Source: Octopus vulgaris (lineage: Eukaryota). Taken from it: a stretch of DNA of 64,000 nucleotides. The DNA is taken from assembly GCA_951406725.2 (NCBI GenBank), contig OX597843.1, positions 15,066,001-15,130,000 of the forward strand. Reading direction: 5' to 3'. A program made the translations under genes and the position numbers. This document shows, piece after piece, positions 11,212-24,002 of this stretch; within the stretch, counting starts at the first letter, position 1; every line of letters starts with the position of its first letter. The notes under the pieces are model-generated. The model did not search any database. It was not told the DNA's origin and worked only from the letters and a program-made list of their open reading frames with translations.

Positions 11212-13720
11212 AACTAAATTGTATTTGATAATTTCAATTTAGCAAATTTCTGAAGTGTGGCCACTCTGATATTTATTAAAGCAATTAAAATACAATCCTT
11301 CTGTCCCCTGGGTACAGGATGGAGATTGAGGAAAAGTGAAAAACAAGATTTTACTCAAGAGGAACAGGTTCAAATTAATGCAATTCGTAAGCAAAATATG
11401 TTTATTGATGTTTATCAATCCAGATAAATGATTACAATTACTTTTGATAAACGGTATGCAAATTAACCAACTTTATAAACGTTATCTGTGTACTCAATAC
11501 AGGGTACAGTATTTCTGGAAGATGGACGCGAGTTCTGCTACTGTTTATAAATCTCCACAATTGAAAAACAACCCAGATTCGTGTCCCAACACGTCCTAGT
11601 GGAAGGGACATAACTCTGTCTCTTTTAGTTTAGCTTCACAGAAGAGGAAAAACTGGATTTTGCTGTTTCCTTTTCACAATTTTTAGCATTTGAGTTCGTT
11701 TTGTACAGAAAATTAGTAATTAATTAATTAATGGCTAATTGTAAGAACACTGCCTGACTCAGCTGATGGCATATTATGGTTTAAAAGATGAATTTGGGAC
11801 ATATTTTGAGAGTCTCTAACATGTCACAAACTCCTGGCTCTTTTGGGCAACACACAAACACCAAGTTAGTCTTGTGTTGGAATTGGTTTTATTGAATTCT
11901 TCCTGTCATTACATAAAATGCTTAGTGGCAATTTATTTTCCAGTACTTTACATTGCAAGTTAAAATTCTGCTGAAATCAACTTTGCCTTTCATCCTTTCA
12001 GTAATTAAGACACATCCCCTTACAGGTGGATATAATTTCAATAAATCAAGAATTTATTACCCAGATTGGTTTTTAAAACTTTTTCTGGCCTCTTCGAATT
12101 ATTTCCCTCAGCTCGTTTCTGTCCCCTTTATGCAAATTACTTGGTCTGTGTGTTCTAGTCTGTTTTGTATAAGCCTAAGTGTGTAGGCTACTGAAAAGAA
12201 TGCTGGACAGTTGCTGTGCTGATGATGGCTATTTAGGCAGAAACATGTAACCCTGATTGTCCTCTTTATCTCCAGATAAATAATTCTGTCACTTTCCTTA
12301 ATAGCATCTTAGCTTTGCAGAGTTTCTGAGTCTTTGGATTATCTTCCTTTCTGAAGTGGAGTTGGTCTTAATTACCATTTGCCAATTATAATACATTCTC
12401 CGGAGAGAGTATTTCTTTATTCACCATAAGGTTGAGAAAAAGAGGGGACAAAACAAACGTTGGGGTCAGGGTATTGAATGAGATGAAACGTATGAATAAA
12501 CAAACAATTAAAATATATACAATTAAATGAGAATGAGTGATTAACAAAAAACGAAGCGGAGGACGCGGTCGACTCCACAAACCACATCCTCACACTGAAG
12601 ACTTTGCTTTCTCCTTTTTATATATTCTCGATTAAACAGGTTCTTTCACTCGCAACATACTTGCAAAAGACTTCCATCTTTTATGAAACACACTTTGCGA
12701 CAGGCATTTCTTCTCCAGCCTTATTTTCCGTTTCATGTGGAAAACGAAAAAGTTGATTAGCTCAGGAGAGGAAGAGATCAAGAATTTGTTATATAGTATT
12801 TGGTATACCTGTATTTGTTGTTTTACAGTTGGATGCCCTTCCTGTTGCTAACCCTCATCTGTTTCTCAGCTGAGGGAGTCCTTATTTCACATCATTACTT
12901 GTAGTCTCATGACTTTTGGAGAGGCACAAATGAACCCCCACATGATGGGCTTCTTCCAGTTTCCATCTGCCAAATTCCTTCACAATGCTATGGTCAGCTT
13001 TGGGCTTTAATAGAAGACACTTGTCCAATGTGCCTCGCAGTGAGACTGTGTGTGAAAGGTTTCTTTCAGTTTCCTTGTCCCAGATCCACTCACAAGTTCT
13101 TGGTTAGTCCAGAGCTGTTCTGCAGTGGAACTGAACTTAAAACCATGTGGTTTAGAAGCAGACTTCTTAACCATTCAACTATTCTTGTACCTAAAGTGTG
13201 TTAATGATAATGATACCAGAGTGTAGAGTGGGGTGTGGCAGTGGTTCAGAAGTTCACAGCCTTCTGTTTCTGGGTTCAATTCCAGTATGTGGTGCCATGG
13301 GTCTGTGCCGCCATCTCTTATACTCTTGGCAAAGAGCTTCTCAGTGGAATTTGATAGACCAAAACTGATGGGAAGTGCAATGTATTTGTGTTGTGCATGT
13401 GAATGTGCACACACTGCATTTAGTCATGTATAAGTCACAGCTTACCATATTTTTCGGCTTAAAATTGTGCTACTTATACACTAATAAATGCAGTAATCAA
13501 TACCTACATATATGTGTATATCTATCTGTCTATCATCATTTAGCGTCCGTTTTCCATGCTAGCATGGTTTGGATGGTTCAACCGGGGTCTGGGAAGCCAG
13601 GGGCTGCACCAGGCTCCAGTCTGATCTGGCAGTGTTTCTACAATTGGATGCCCTTCCTAACGCCAACCACTCCGTGAGTGTAGTGGGTGCATTTTACGTG
13701 CCACCGGAGTCTGTCAAACA

Positions 13721-16203
13721 GCCAATGTGTGTGTGTATATATATGTATGCCTTGCCACTGTGTGTGTGTGTGTGTATATATATGTATGCCTTGCCACTGT
13801 GTGTGTGTGTGTGTATATATATGTATGCCTTGCCACTGTGTGTGTGTGTGTATATATATGTATGCCTTGCCAATGTGTGTGTGTGTGTGTATATATGTAT
13901 GCCTTGCCAATGTGTGTGTGTGTGTGTATATATGTATGCCTTGCCAATGTGTGTGTGTGTGTGTATATATATGTATGCCTTGCCAATGTGTGTGTGTGTG
14001 TGTATATATATGTATGCCTTGCCAATGTGTGTGTGTGTGTGTATATATGTATGCCTTGCCAATGTGTGTGTGTGTGTGTATATATATGTATGCCTTGCCA
14101 CTGTGTGTGTGTGTGTATATATATGTATGCCTTGCCAATGTGTGTGTGTGTGTATATATATGTATGCCTTGCCACTGTGTGTGTGTGTGTATATATATGT
14201 ATGCCTTGCCAATGTGTGTGTGTGTGTGTATATATGTATGCCTTGCCAATGTGTGTGTGTGTATATATGTATGCCTTGCCAATGTGTGTGTGTGTGTGTA
14301 TATATATGTATGCCTTGCCAATGTGTGTGTGTGTGTATATATATGTATGCCTTGCCACTGTGTGTGTGTGTGTATATATATGTATGCCTTGCCAATGTGT
14401 GTGTGTGTGTGTATATGTATGCCTTGCCAATGTGTGTGTGTGTGTGTATATATGTATGCCTTGCCACTGTGTGTGTGTGTGTATATATATGTATGCCTTG
14501 CCAATGTGTGTGTGTATATGTATGCCTTGCCAATGTGTGTGTGTGTGTGTATATGTATGCCTTGCCAATGTGTGTGTGTATATATGTATGCCTTGCCAAT
14601 GTGTGTGTGTGTGTATATATGTATGCCTTGCCAATGTGTGTGTGTGTATATGTATGCCTTGCCAATGTGTGTGTGTGTGTGTATATATATGTATGCCTTG
14701 CCAATGTGTGTGTGTGTGTATATATATGTATGCCTTGCCAATGTGTGTGTGTGTGTATATATATGTATGCCTTGCCAATGTGTGTGTGTGTGTGTATATA
14801 TGTATGCCTTGCCAATGTGTGTGTGTGTGTATATATATGTATGCCTTGCCAATGTGTGTGTGTGTATATATATGTATGCCTTGCCAATGTGTGTGTGTGT
14901 GTGTATATGTATGCCTTGCCAATGTGTGTGTGTATATGTATGCCTTGCCAATGTGTGTGTGTGTGTGTGTGTGTATATGTATGCCTTGCCACTGTGTGTG
15001 TGTGTGTATATATATGTATGCCTTGCCAATGTGTGTGTGTGTGTGTGTGTATATGTGTATGTGTGTTGTGTGTGTGTGTGTGTATGCCTTGCCAATGTGT
15101 GTGTGTATATGTATGCCTTGCCAATGTGTGTGTGTATATATGTATGCCTTGCCAATGTGTGTGTGTATATATGTATGCCTTGCCAATGTGTGTGTATATA
15201 TGTATGCCTTGCCACTGTGTGTGTGTATATATGTATGCCTTGCCAATGTGTGTGTGTATATTTATGCCTTGCCAATGTGTGTGTGTATATGTATGCCTTG
15301 CCAATGTGTGTGTGTATATATGTATGCCTTGCCAATGTGTGTGTGTGTGTATATGTATGCCTTGCCAATGTGTGTGTGTGTATATATGTATGCCTTGCCA
15401 ATGTGTGTGTGTGTGTATATATGTATGCCTTGCCACTGTGTGTGTGTGTATATATATATATATGCCTTGCCAATGTGTGTGTGTATATGTATGCCTTGCC
15501 AATGTGTGTGTGTATATGTATGCCTTGCCAATGTGTGTGTGTATATATGTATGCCTTGCCAATGTGTGTGTGTGTGTATATATGTATGCCTTGCCACTGT
15601 GTGTGTGTGTATATATATATATATGCCTTGCCAATGTGTGTGTGTGTGTATATATATGTATGCCTTGCCAATGTGTGTGTGTATATATGTATGCCTTGCC
15701 ACTGTGTGTGTGTGTATATATATATATATGCCTTGCCAATGTGTGTGTGTATATATGTATGCCTTGCCACTGTGTGTGTGTGTGTATATGTATGCCTTGC
15801 CACTGTGTGTGTGTGTATATGTATGCCTTGCCAATGTGTGTGTGTGTATATGTATGCCTTGCCAATGTGTGTGTGTGTATATGTATGCCTTGCCAATGTG
15901 TGTGTGTGTGTATATGTATGCCTTGCCACTGTGTGTGTGTGTATATGTATGCCTTGCCAATGTGTGTATATGTATGCCTTGCCAATGTGTGTGTGTATAT
16001 ATGTATGCCTTGCCAATGTGTGTGTGTATATATGTATGCCTTGCCAATGTGTGTGTGTGTATATGTATGCCTTGCCAATGTGTGTGTGTGTATATGTATG
16101 CCTTGCCAATGTGTGTGTGTGTATATGTATGCCTTGCCAATGTGTGTGTGTGTATATGTATGCCTTGCCAATGTGTGTGTGTATATATGTATGCCTTGCC
16201 ACT
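13721..16203. repeat. Compound minisatellite: constant core ATGTATGCCTTGCCA(A/C) with variable (TG)n(TA)m spacers
   Basis: Roughly 70 units of about 30-45 bp (estimated, not counted) in the ELOB intron. It explains the six long spurious ORFs. Confidence 0.97.
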
Positions 16204-16752
16204 CATTGTTTCTTCTGTCTGTCTACTTCTACACACTCTCTCTTGCTCTCTCTCTTCTCCTTTCCTTAATTCCTTTGTTCCTCTTTTTCTCTCTCTTCTC
16301 ACGTGACCTATTGGCCGACTGTTAGCTCTTTTGCATCTGACCACTGCCCTCTGATGTAAGGCTTCATTTCCACACACACCAGCTGAATTCAATTCACCCC
16401 CAGTCGAAAGACGCCTGTTGTTATGTCCTGTTATTATTATTGTTATTTTTATTGTATTTTTGTATTTATATTCGTGTAACATCGTCTGTTTTTCCATCCT
16501 TGTTTCATATACATTCGATGCTTTTTTCCAAGGAATCTAATGCTCTTAGCTTAGTTTTTCTTCGGGGCTGGCCAGATTGGAGCAATCTCAAGATTAATCA
16601 GCTGAATTTGTGAGGATGATCCGGTTCTTGACTGAGGATAGAAAGCTTCGAATGACCTGTCCTTTTTTTTTTTTTTTGTATCATCTATCTGGATGGTTTG
16701 TTGTCCCTTTTTGTATCACCTGGCTGTCCGGATGTTTTGCGTTCTTGTCCCC

Positions 16753-16903
16753 TGTGTGGTAAGTAGCTTGTTTACCAACCACACGGTTCCGGGTTCAGTC
16801 CCACTGCGTGGCACCTTGGGCAAGTGTCTTCTACTATAGCCTCGGGCTGACCAAAGCCTTGTGAGTGGATTTGGTAGACGGAAACTGAAAGAAGTCCGTT
16901 GTA

Positions 16904-16950
<47 letters not shown>

Positions 16951-17160
16951 GTGTATGTTTGTATGTCTATGTTTGTCCCCCTAGCATTGCTTGACAACCG
17001 ATGCTGGTGTGTTTATGTCCCCGTCACTTAGCGGTTCGGCAAAAGAGACCGATAGAATAAGTACTGGGCTTACAAAGAATAAGTCCCAGGGTCGAGTTGC
17101 TTGATTAAAGGCAGTGCTCCAGCATGGCCGCAGTCAAATGGACTGAAACAAGTAAAAAGA
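16753..17160 (+). mobile_element. tRNA-derived SINE, family A
   Basis: Same head, body and tail as 4668-5040. Confidence 0.9.
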
Positions 17161-17330
17161 GTATATATATATACATATATATATATATCAGTAAAGATGT
17201 AAACATTGGCACAAACCCCCACCAAAATTAAGGACTTCTTCAATAATACTAAATCTCAAATGTGATTAGAGAGAAAGAGGGGGGTGGGGATGTGACTTTA
17301 TTATATCTGTTTGTTTATTTATTTTTGCAG

Positions 17331-17430
17331 GCCCTGGATGATAACAAAACCCTCAGCGACTGTGGCTACACCAGTAGCTCTGCTCGAGCTCAAGCGCCGG
17401 CCACAATTGGCCTCGCTTTTAAAGCTGCAG
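17331..17430 (+). CDS. ELOB: Elongin B, coding exon 3
   Basis: tttttgcag|GCC...GCA G|gtaagc. Translates [33 protein letters not shown] (human [32 protein letters not shown]). Phase 0 start matches exon 2. Confidence 0.97.
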
Positions 17431-17638
17431 GTAAGCAATTTGTGTGGGGTGGGTTCTTTATTTATTTATTTTTTAATACAAAAAGTATATCTATATTACA
17501 GAGATGTACTTGCATAGAGAGTGACTTGATCTGAGATCGTGTGCTGGAACAAAAACAATTGCAGCGTGGAAGGTGTTTGTAAGCCATTTAAGAAACACAC
17601 AAAAGCCGTTTGATTCACTTCAACATTTAAGTTTAATT

Positions 17639-17685
17639 TGTCAAAATATTTTCGTCGCTTTAAGACCGCAACCTTTTCACTGACA
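17639..17685 (-). ncRNA. Variant-core hammerhead-like motif in a TA-abutting element (about 17480-17699)
   Basis: Minus strand: UGUCA-GUGAAAAG-GUUGC(loop)GCGAC-GAAA-AUAU-UU-UGACA. Stem I is a perfect 5 bp, stem II is 5 bp and stem III is the palindrome AAUAUU. The core deviates from CUGANGA. Confidence 0.5.
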
Positions 17686-17695
17686 GAAATCCGTG

Positions 17696-17750
<55 letters not shown>

Positions 17751-17878
17751 AACATAAACAGCAGGTTTAATGTTTCACCAAAGAGGAGAATTATAATTGC
17801 TGCCAAATGTGACTAGGGTGTTAGGAAACACTGACATTGCTAGAAATAAGAGCTAAAATGCTCTAATGCAGTAGTTAA

Positions 17879-18098
17879 CCCTTTAGCATTTAAACCGGCC
17901 ATATTCGGCCAAAAGTATTCTGCCTGTTTTATGTTCAAACTGGCCAGATCTGGTCTCTCACACCAACCTTACAACATCGTTTTAAAAATTAACAGTTACC
18001 TCATCAAAATCTCATAGCTACAAGATAATGTACGATTAGTTCAAGACAATGTGGATGAAAAAGGATTAATTTTGGTAGAATAATGCAAACACTAACGA
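17879..18098. mobile_element. piggyBac-type MITE (degenerate)
   Basis: Starts TTAA-CCCTTTAGCATTTAAA. Homologous to 31238-31455, which ends AACACTAAAGGG-TTAA. Confidence 0.6.
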
Positions 18099-18179
18099 GG
18101 ACCCTAATTGTCCAAAAAGGGCCAATTAAGAATTCTTAATACTGACGTCAGTTTTGGCTGGTTTCGTTGCGTCATCATC

Positions 18180-20398
18180 CACTGACCAAAATAAGTCTAA
18201 GACCAATGACGACAGTTCTAGTCGGTCATTAATTTATTTTTAACAAACCTGTATAAAATTATTTTCTCTTTTTGCAGTTTATGTAGAATTTTTTTCTCTT
18301 TCGAATGATACAGGTGTTATATATCTTTCTACAGTTTGAATACAAAATAAGTTTAAGGCTGTACCAACATTATTTTGTTTAAATAGAAAATTTATGGCAC
18401 AAATGATCCACAAACAAAAATTTATTATTAAATATTAATATCTGGGACGAGGTGGTGAAGCACGACCTTCGAACTTTAGGTCTCACTGAGGAAATGACTA
18501 GACACCGAGACCTTTGGAAGTATGCTGTGCGTGAAAACACCCGGCAGGACAAGTGAGACCATAACCCATGGCCTCTACACGGGATGGAGCCAGTCCACTT
18601 ATGCATACCTTTCCTTCTTGGGACACAAAACTCTACTTGTGAAGACCTGTTGAGGCAAGTGAAAATCGAAATCGAAATCGATCAACATCAATGGAAATCG
18701 TAGCTGTGATACCAGTGCCGGTGGTACGTAAGAGAACCATCCAAATGTGGCCATTGTCAGTGCCACCCCGACTGGCCTCGTGCTGGTGGCACGTAAAAAG
18801 CACCATCCGATCGTGGCCGTTTGCCAGCCTCGTCTGGCACGTAAAAAGCACCTACTACACTCACGGAGTGGTTGGCATTAGGAAGGGCATCCAGCTGTAG
18901 AAACATTGCCAGATCAGGCTGGGCCTGGTGCAGCCTTCTGGCTTCTCAGACCCCAGTTGAACCGTCCAACCCATGCTAGCATAGAGAACAGACGTTAAAC
19001 GATGATGATGATCTAGTTCCATAGCCATTATTTTCAATTACGGCCTTACAATGGTAGGACATGGAGTTTGACAAAAGAGTACAAAAATCACTTGAAACAT
19101 TCTGCCGTATTCCTTCAATAAAATTACATAATTGGGACAAATTTGTTGGGTTTTTTTTAGGATGAACTCTTTTAGAAAGATAATTCCATAAATTTTCTAT
19201 CAGATTCAAATCCAGTCTGTACTAAGGCCACTCAACAACCACCATATTAATGCGCTCAAAATATTGCAAAACCTTTCTAGCCAGTTGTCCTGCTGCAAAA
19301 TAGATCCTGATGGCATCTGATTATTTAAATGTGGCATACACCAACATCAAAATCAATGGAGACTGCAGTTGTGATCTCTGTGCCGGTGGAACGTAAAAAG
19401 CACCATCTGAATGTGGCTGATGCCAGCGCCGCCTAGACTGGCTTCTGTGCTGGTGACACGTAAAAAGCACCATCCGAATCATGGCCAATGCCAGCTCCGC
19501 CTCGACTGGCTTCCGTGCCGGTGGCACGTAAAAAGCACCATCCGAATCGTGGCCAATGCCAGCTCCGCCTTGACTGGCTTCCGTGCTGGTGGCACCTAAA
19601 ATGCACCTATCCAATCGTGGCCGTTGCCAGCCTCCTCTGGCACCTGTACCGGTGGCACGTAAGAAGCATCCACTACACTCACGGAGTGGTTGGCGTTAGG
19701 AAGGGCATCCAGCCGTAGAAACCTAGCCAGATCAGACTGGAGCCTGGTGCAGCCTTCTGGCTTTCCAGATCCCTGGTCGAACTGTCCAACCCATGATAGA
19801 TTGGAGAGAACGGACGTTAAACGATGATGATGATGAATTGCAGACAGCCTGCACTGTTCAGTCTGCCATCAACTTTAACAACCGGACCTACACCTAAGCT
19901 GCTGAACACGGCCCACACCATTACCCACCCATCCGGACTGTTGTTGTTCTCTGAGCACCTGTTCTTTGCTTCTATGCTTGAACACAAGCAGTTTTGCTGC
20001 ATCCTAATTGCTTGCTAATGAAGCAACATGATCTTTGATCTAGTAACCGGGTTGATATTACGACACTTAATCATAGCGAATTAGTGTATAACAATGCTTG
20101 GTTATTAAACAAAACAGTGCAGCATGAATGGCCAAGTGATCCAGGCATTTGGTTTATAAATTTGCATAATCTTGGTAAATCTTAAACTTATTTTGCTGAG
20201 AATTTCTAATCATTTGAATTAATTGCACATTAAAATTATTCAAATTGTAAAAAGATATATAATGCCTCTATCATTCGAAAGAGAAAAAAATTCTACATAA
20301 ACTGCAAAAAGTAAAATAATTTTATACAGTTTTATTTAAAATAAATTAATGAAGGACTAGAACTGTCATCATCAGTCTTAGACTTATTTTGGCCAGTA
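18180..20398 (-). mobile_element. Tc1-like DNA transposon relic with long TIRs, split by two family C insertions
   Basis: About 160-bp imperfect inverted termini (cactgaccaaaataagtctaagac.. / ..gtcttagacttattttggccagt). Transposase pieces VMVWAVFS..GVGP.VK.DGRLN and LNLIENLW..NSM..CKAVIENNGY. Confidence 0.85.
18443..19012 (+). mobile_element. 5'-truncated RTE LINE: ORF end plus full family C 3' UTR
   Basis: WDEVVKHDLRTLGLTEEMTRHRDLWKYAV followed by the family C sequence and (GAT)n. This shows family C is a LINE 3' UTR. Confidence 0.8.
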
Positions 20399-20585
20399 TG
20401 AGTATATAGCAATTTAGCTAGGTGTAAAATTCTCTTCAGTGATATTAAATATCCGAAGAATTTTGCTGGTTTATTTACTTATTTATGATTAAGCTCACTT
20501 TTATAAAGCGTTTTCGTAAAGCCTGGGCAGTTATTAATATTTTCAATTGATATTTTTTGTCAAATATTTAAGCAGATATGTCTGT

Positions 20586-20648
20586 CTGATGAAGCATCAT
20601 TACATACTTAAATAGATTTGATTTATTAATGAAGTGGAAACAACTGTA
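20586..20648 (+). ncRNA. Degenerate hammerhead motif
   Basis: CUGAUGA-agcaUCAUUA...UAAUGAagug-GAAAC-AACU-GUA. Stem I is not preserved. Confidence 0.45.
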
Positions 20649-20729
20649 ATTTATGAGTTGTCATTTGTTTGTATAAAATATTTAAATTGAATTGAATTTA
20701 TAATTGTTCAATGGTTTTGTTTTCCATTT

Positions 20730-20768
<39 letters not shown>

Positions 20769-20774
20769 TCGCAT

Positions 20775-21467
20775 TGACTATGATAAAGTGGTCATGGCGA
20801 TACCTGCTCAGAGGCCTATGCAAAGTTGCAGAAAGTGTATGGGGAGGAGTGTATGAGCCACATACAAGTGTACGAGTGGTTCAGACATTTCTAAGATGGT
20901 GGCAAAATGTCGATATTGACAAACATTCTAGGAGACCCACAACCAGCAGAACTGAGAAAAACATCTCTGTGAGGAGAAATTGTTGAATCCCCATCTGTGA
21001 GTTATCAGAGGATGTGCAGATTAGTTACGGTTCAGTTGAGTCCATTGTCACTGAAGATTTGGGGATGAGACTTGTGTCTGGCAAGTTTCTGCCAAGACTG
21101 CTTTCAGCTGACCAAAAGGACACTCAGGTTTCAGTGTTTCAGTTGCACCATATCTCTTTGATTGTGTTGAGGACAATGAAAACTTTTTGAGAATTTGCGT
21201 AGACTTCTGAGCAGGTATCGCTACGCTTTTGGCAAAATTTGATGCAGGTTCTCTGCTCAACTTTCTCTGTCATGGCCAAAGCGATGATCACACGCTACAC
21301 ACGTTCCTTCCAAGCATTGCTGTAAACAGCAGAAGTGAGCTAGAACGTTAAAACTTAGTGCACATGCACTGCAGGGTTCATGGTCAATCATTGCCAAGTG
21401 GCTTCACTCTGTGTGCTTTAGCTTCGTTACTATGGCAACAGTCCAGATATTTATTGATCAGACCACG
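20775..21467 (+). mobile_element. Degenerate mariner-like element
   Basis: N-terminal HTH-like remnants (VYEWFRHF.DG..RPTTSRT) and a TIR-like end tttattgatcagaccacg. Confidence 0.55.
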
Positions 21468-21601
21468 TGTGTGTGTCTTTGACCTTGTGTTTTGCTTTTT
21501 CACTTTGTAATACAAAGGGCTGCTGAGAAGTTTCTGGCTTTATGGGTTTAGGAAAAACTGAAGGACCTCTGCAATAAGTGTGTGAATCTGAGAGGAGAAT
21601 A

Positions 21602-21882
21602 TCTTTATATATAAAATTGAAGTTGTGTGTGTGAGACTCTGTCTCCTCCGATTTAGATTCCTAACTACTCCCACATTTTGCGGTGCAGTTTAACCAAAAG
21701 CGGGTATCTTATAGTCGTCATTCATATCAAGCCCTTCTGGGTATTAGCGTGTGTCTACGATGAGTCTACGATTTAAAAAAAAATTTACCATCATTTTTCC
21801 GCATTTTTAATGATTTTTGCTCAGGTTATATAAAAATGCTTATATAGTTACAAACCCGAGCAACGCCGGGCGATACTGCTAG
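21602..21882 (+). mobile_element. Non-autonomous Helitron
   Basis: A|TC 5' end, subterminal hairpin CCCGAGCAACGCCGGG, CTAG|T 3' end and no target duplication. Confidence 0.9.
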
Positions 21883-22003
21883 TGTGAAATAATTAATCCT
21901 AATTAACTGATCCTCTTGTATGTTCTTTTACTGAGAGCCAGGAACTTATCAGCACCCCCCATAGATGCCCCCCTGCTAATGTTTGTCTTTCTGTTTTGAG
22001 CAG

Positions 22004-22119
22004 ACGGTGAATTTGAAGCTCTCGAGCTAACTTCTTTGTCCAGTCCTCCGGAGTTGCCTGACGTTATGAAGCCACAGGATTCTACCACCCCACATGTACA
22101 GGAACAAGCAACTGCCTAG
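22004..22119 (+). CDS. ELOB: Elongin B, terminal coding exon
   Basis: ttttgagcag|AC GGT...GCC TAG. Translates DGEFEALELTSLSSPPELPDVMKPQDSTTPHVQEQATA* with the conserved SSPPELPDVMKPQD. Phase 1 matches exon 3. Total protein about 120 aa. Confidence 0.97.
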
Positions 22120-22491
22120 GAATTTGGTCTCTCCTCCTCCTCCTCTTCCTCCTGCCTCTCTCTCTCCCTCCAACCAACCATCAGTGGAGGGCAACAAAAT
22201 GATCAGGAGAAGAAGAAGAAGAAGAAAAATATAAAAACAAAAAAAAAAGCTAAAAAACAGAAAAGAAAGAAACAAAGGAAGAAGACATTTGTATGAATGT
22301 AGGTATATGTTTGTTTGTGTGTATGTGTGGATATATATGTGTGTTTTGTTGTTGACAGGGAGTGGCTGCCACCTCAGGGGTGAGCAGGGTAAATGGAATA
22401 AATAAATAAATAAAAAGGTTAAGTTCAAATGCAAAAGGAAAAAAAAAATGTGTTGAAAAGAAGTTACACTCAAATACACACACACACACAT

Positions 22492-22526
<35 letters not shown>

Positions 22527-22691
22527 AAGAAGAAAAAATATAAAACAAAGATAGCAAAAAACAAACAAACATTGGAAATAAGACAATTTCAGACTTAAAA
22601 TGTAAGAAAAACATTTTGATTGCTTGATGATATATATATGTATATAGATATATGTATATATATGTACATATATACATACATATATATGTAT

Positions 22692-22731
<40 letters not shown>

Positions 22732-22793
22732 TATGTAATGTACATATATGTATATACATATATCTACAGTGTGCATATATACATTTATATGTA

Positions 22794-22841
<48 letters not shown>

Positions 22842-23686
22842 TATGTATATACATATGTGAGTATGTCTGTGTATATGTATGTGTATGCACACGTATAATT
22901 ATATGTACACACGCACAAATATACATACAAAATGTGTATGCATATGTGTCTGTGTGTGTGTATATATAAATATGGACGCATGTGAATGTATACACATGAA
23001 TGTATGTTTATTGTGCATATATGTATATGTATTTAATTTGTGTCTCTGTTTATTTGTGCATGTATATGTGTGTTTGTTTATATATGTATGTACATACATA
23101 TATAGATATATATATACTTATATCTGTGTGTGTGTGTATATATATATGTGTGTGTGTGTGCCTGTGCATGTGTATTTATACATGTGTGCGTGTATGTGTG
23201 TATATATATATATATATATTTATGTATATATATGTATATATATACATATGTAGACACACAATGAAAAATGAACAAGCACAAAAAAAATTGGCAACAAAAA
23301 AACAATTAAATAAGAAAAAACATTAAAAAAATTGGTAATAATAATGATATTAATAATAATAATAATAATTAATAATGTTAATAAAATGGAAAAGAAATTC
23401 CCCAAACACTGGTTGTAGTAAATTGTACCCCCTTGAGTATTTTGTGTGTGTGTGTGGGGCTTGTTTGTCTATAATGTCTGTGTCCCTGGGAGGCTGTGTG
23501 TATTTGTGTATCTGTCTTGGGTGTCTGTAGGTCTGCATGTCTGAATATTTGTGTCTGTCTGCATGCATGCATGTGTGTGTGTGTCTATGAACATCAGTTT
23601 GTATGTGTGTGTATATGTTTTATGCCTTTGTGTGCGTGTCTGTATGCCTAGATGTGTGTCTGCATGTGTGTGTATGTATGTGTGTG

Positions 23687-23730
<44 letters not shown>

Positions 23731-23748
23731 TATATATATATATATATA

Positions 23749-24002
23749 GCGCGGAGTAAACACATAAATGTAAAACAAGGTGAAAAAAAAAAGAGTACTC
23801 AAATACCAGGGGTAGAGTAATATGCTTTATTTAAAGCAGCAGAAAATTCAACAAAACCTGTTACTCTGAGTTTCCCATTGCCGTTCGTCAGACAGTTTTT
23901 GCTAGAATAGTTTTTTGCTATTCTAGCAAAAACTGTCCGACGAACGGGAACGTGAAACTCAGAGTAACAGGTTTTGTTGAATTTTCTGCTGCTTTAAATA
24001 AA

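Noticed and set aside
11220-12780. Unique-looking intronic sequence possibly hiding an exon or element
   Set aside because: No recognisable ORF, termini or RNA motif could be supported by eye.
13569-16497. Several 400-900 aa ORFs and a CRISPR-like repeat-spacer appearance
   Set aside because: The ORFs are translations of a stop-free microsatellite array. The spacers are only TG/TA runs, and the context is a eukaryotic intron with no cas genes.
16632-16662. CUGAGGA...CGAAUGACCUGUC hammerhead-like string
   Set aside because: GAAA is replaced by GAAU and stems I and II are unconvincing. It cannot be supported without a family consensus.
22027-23820. Many ORFs downstream of ELOB
   Set aside because: TA/CA/TG microsatellite translations in the 3' UTR or flank.
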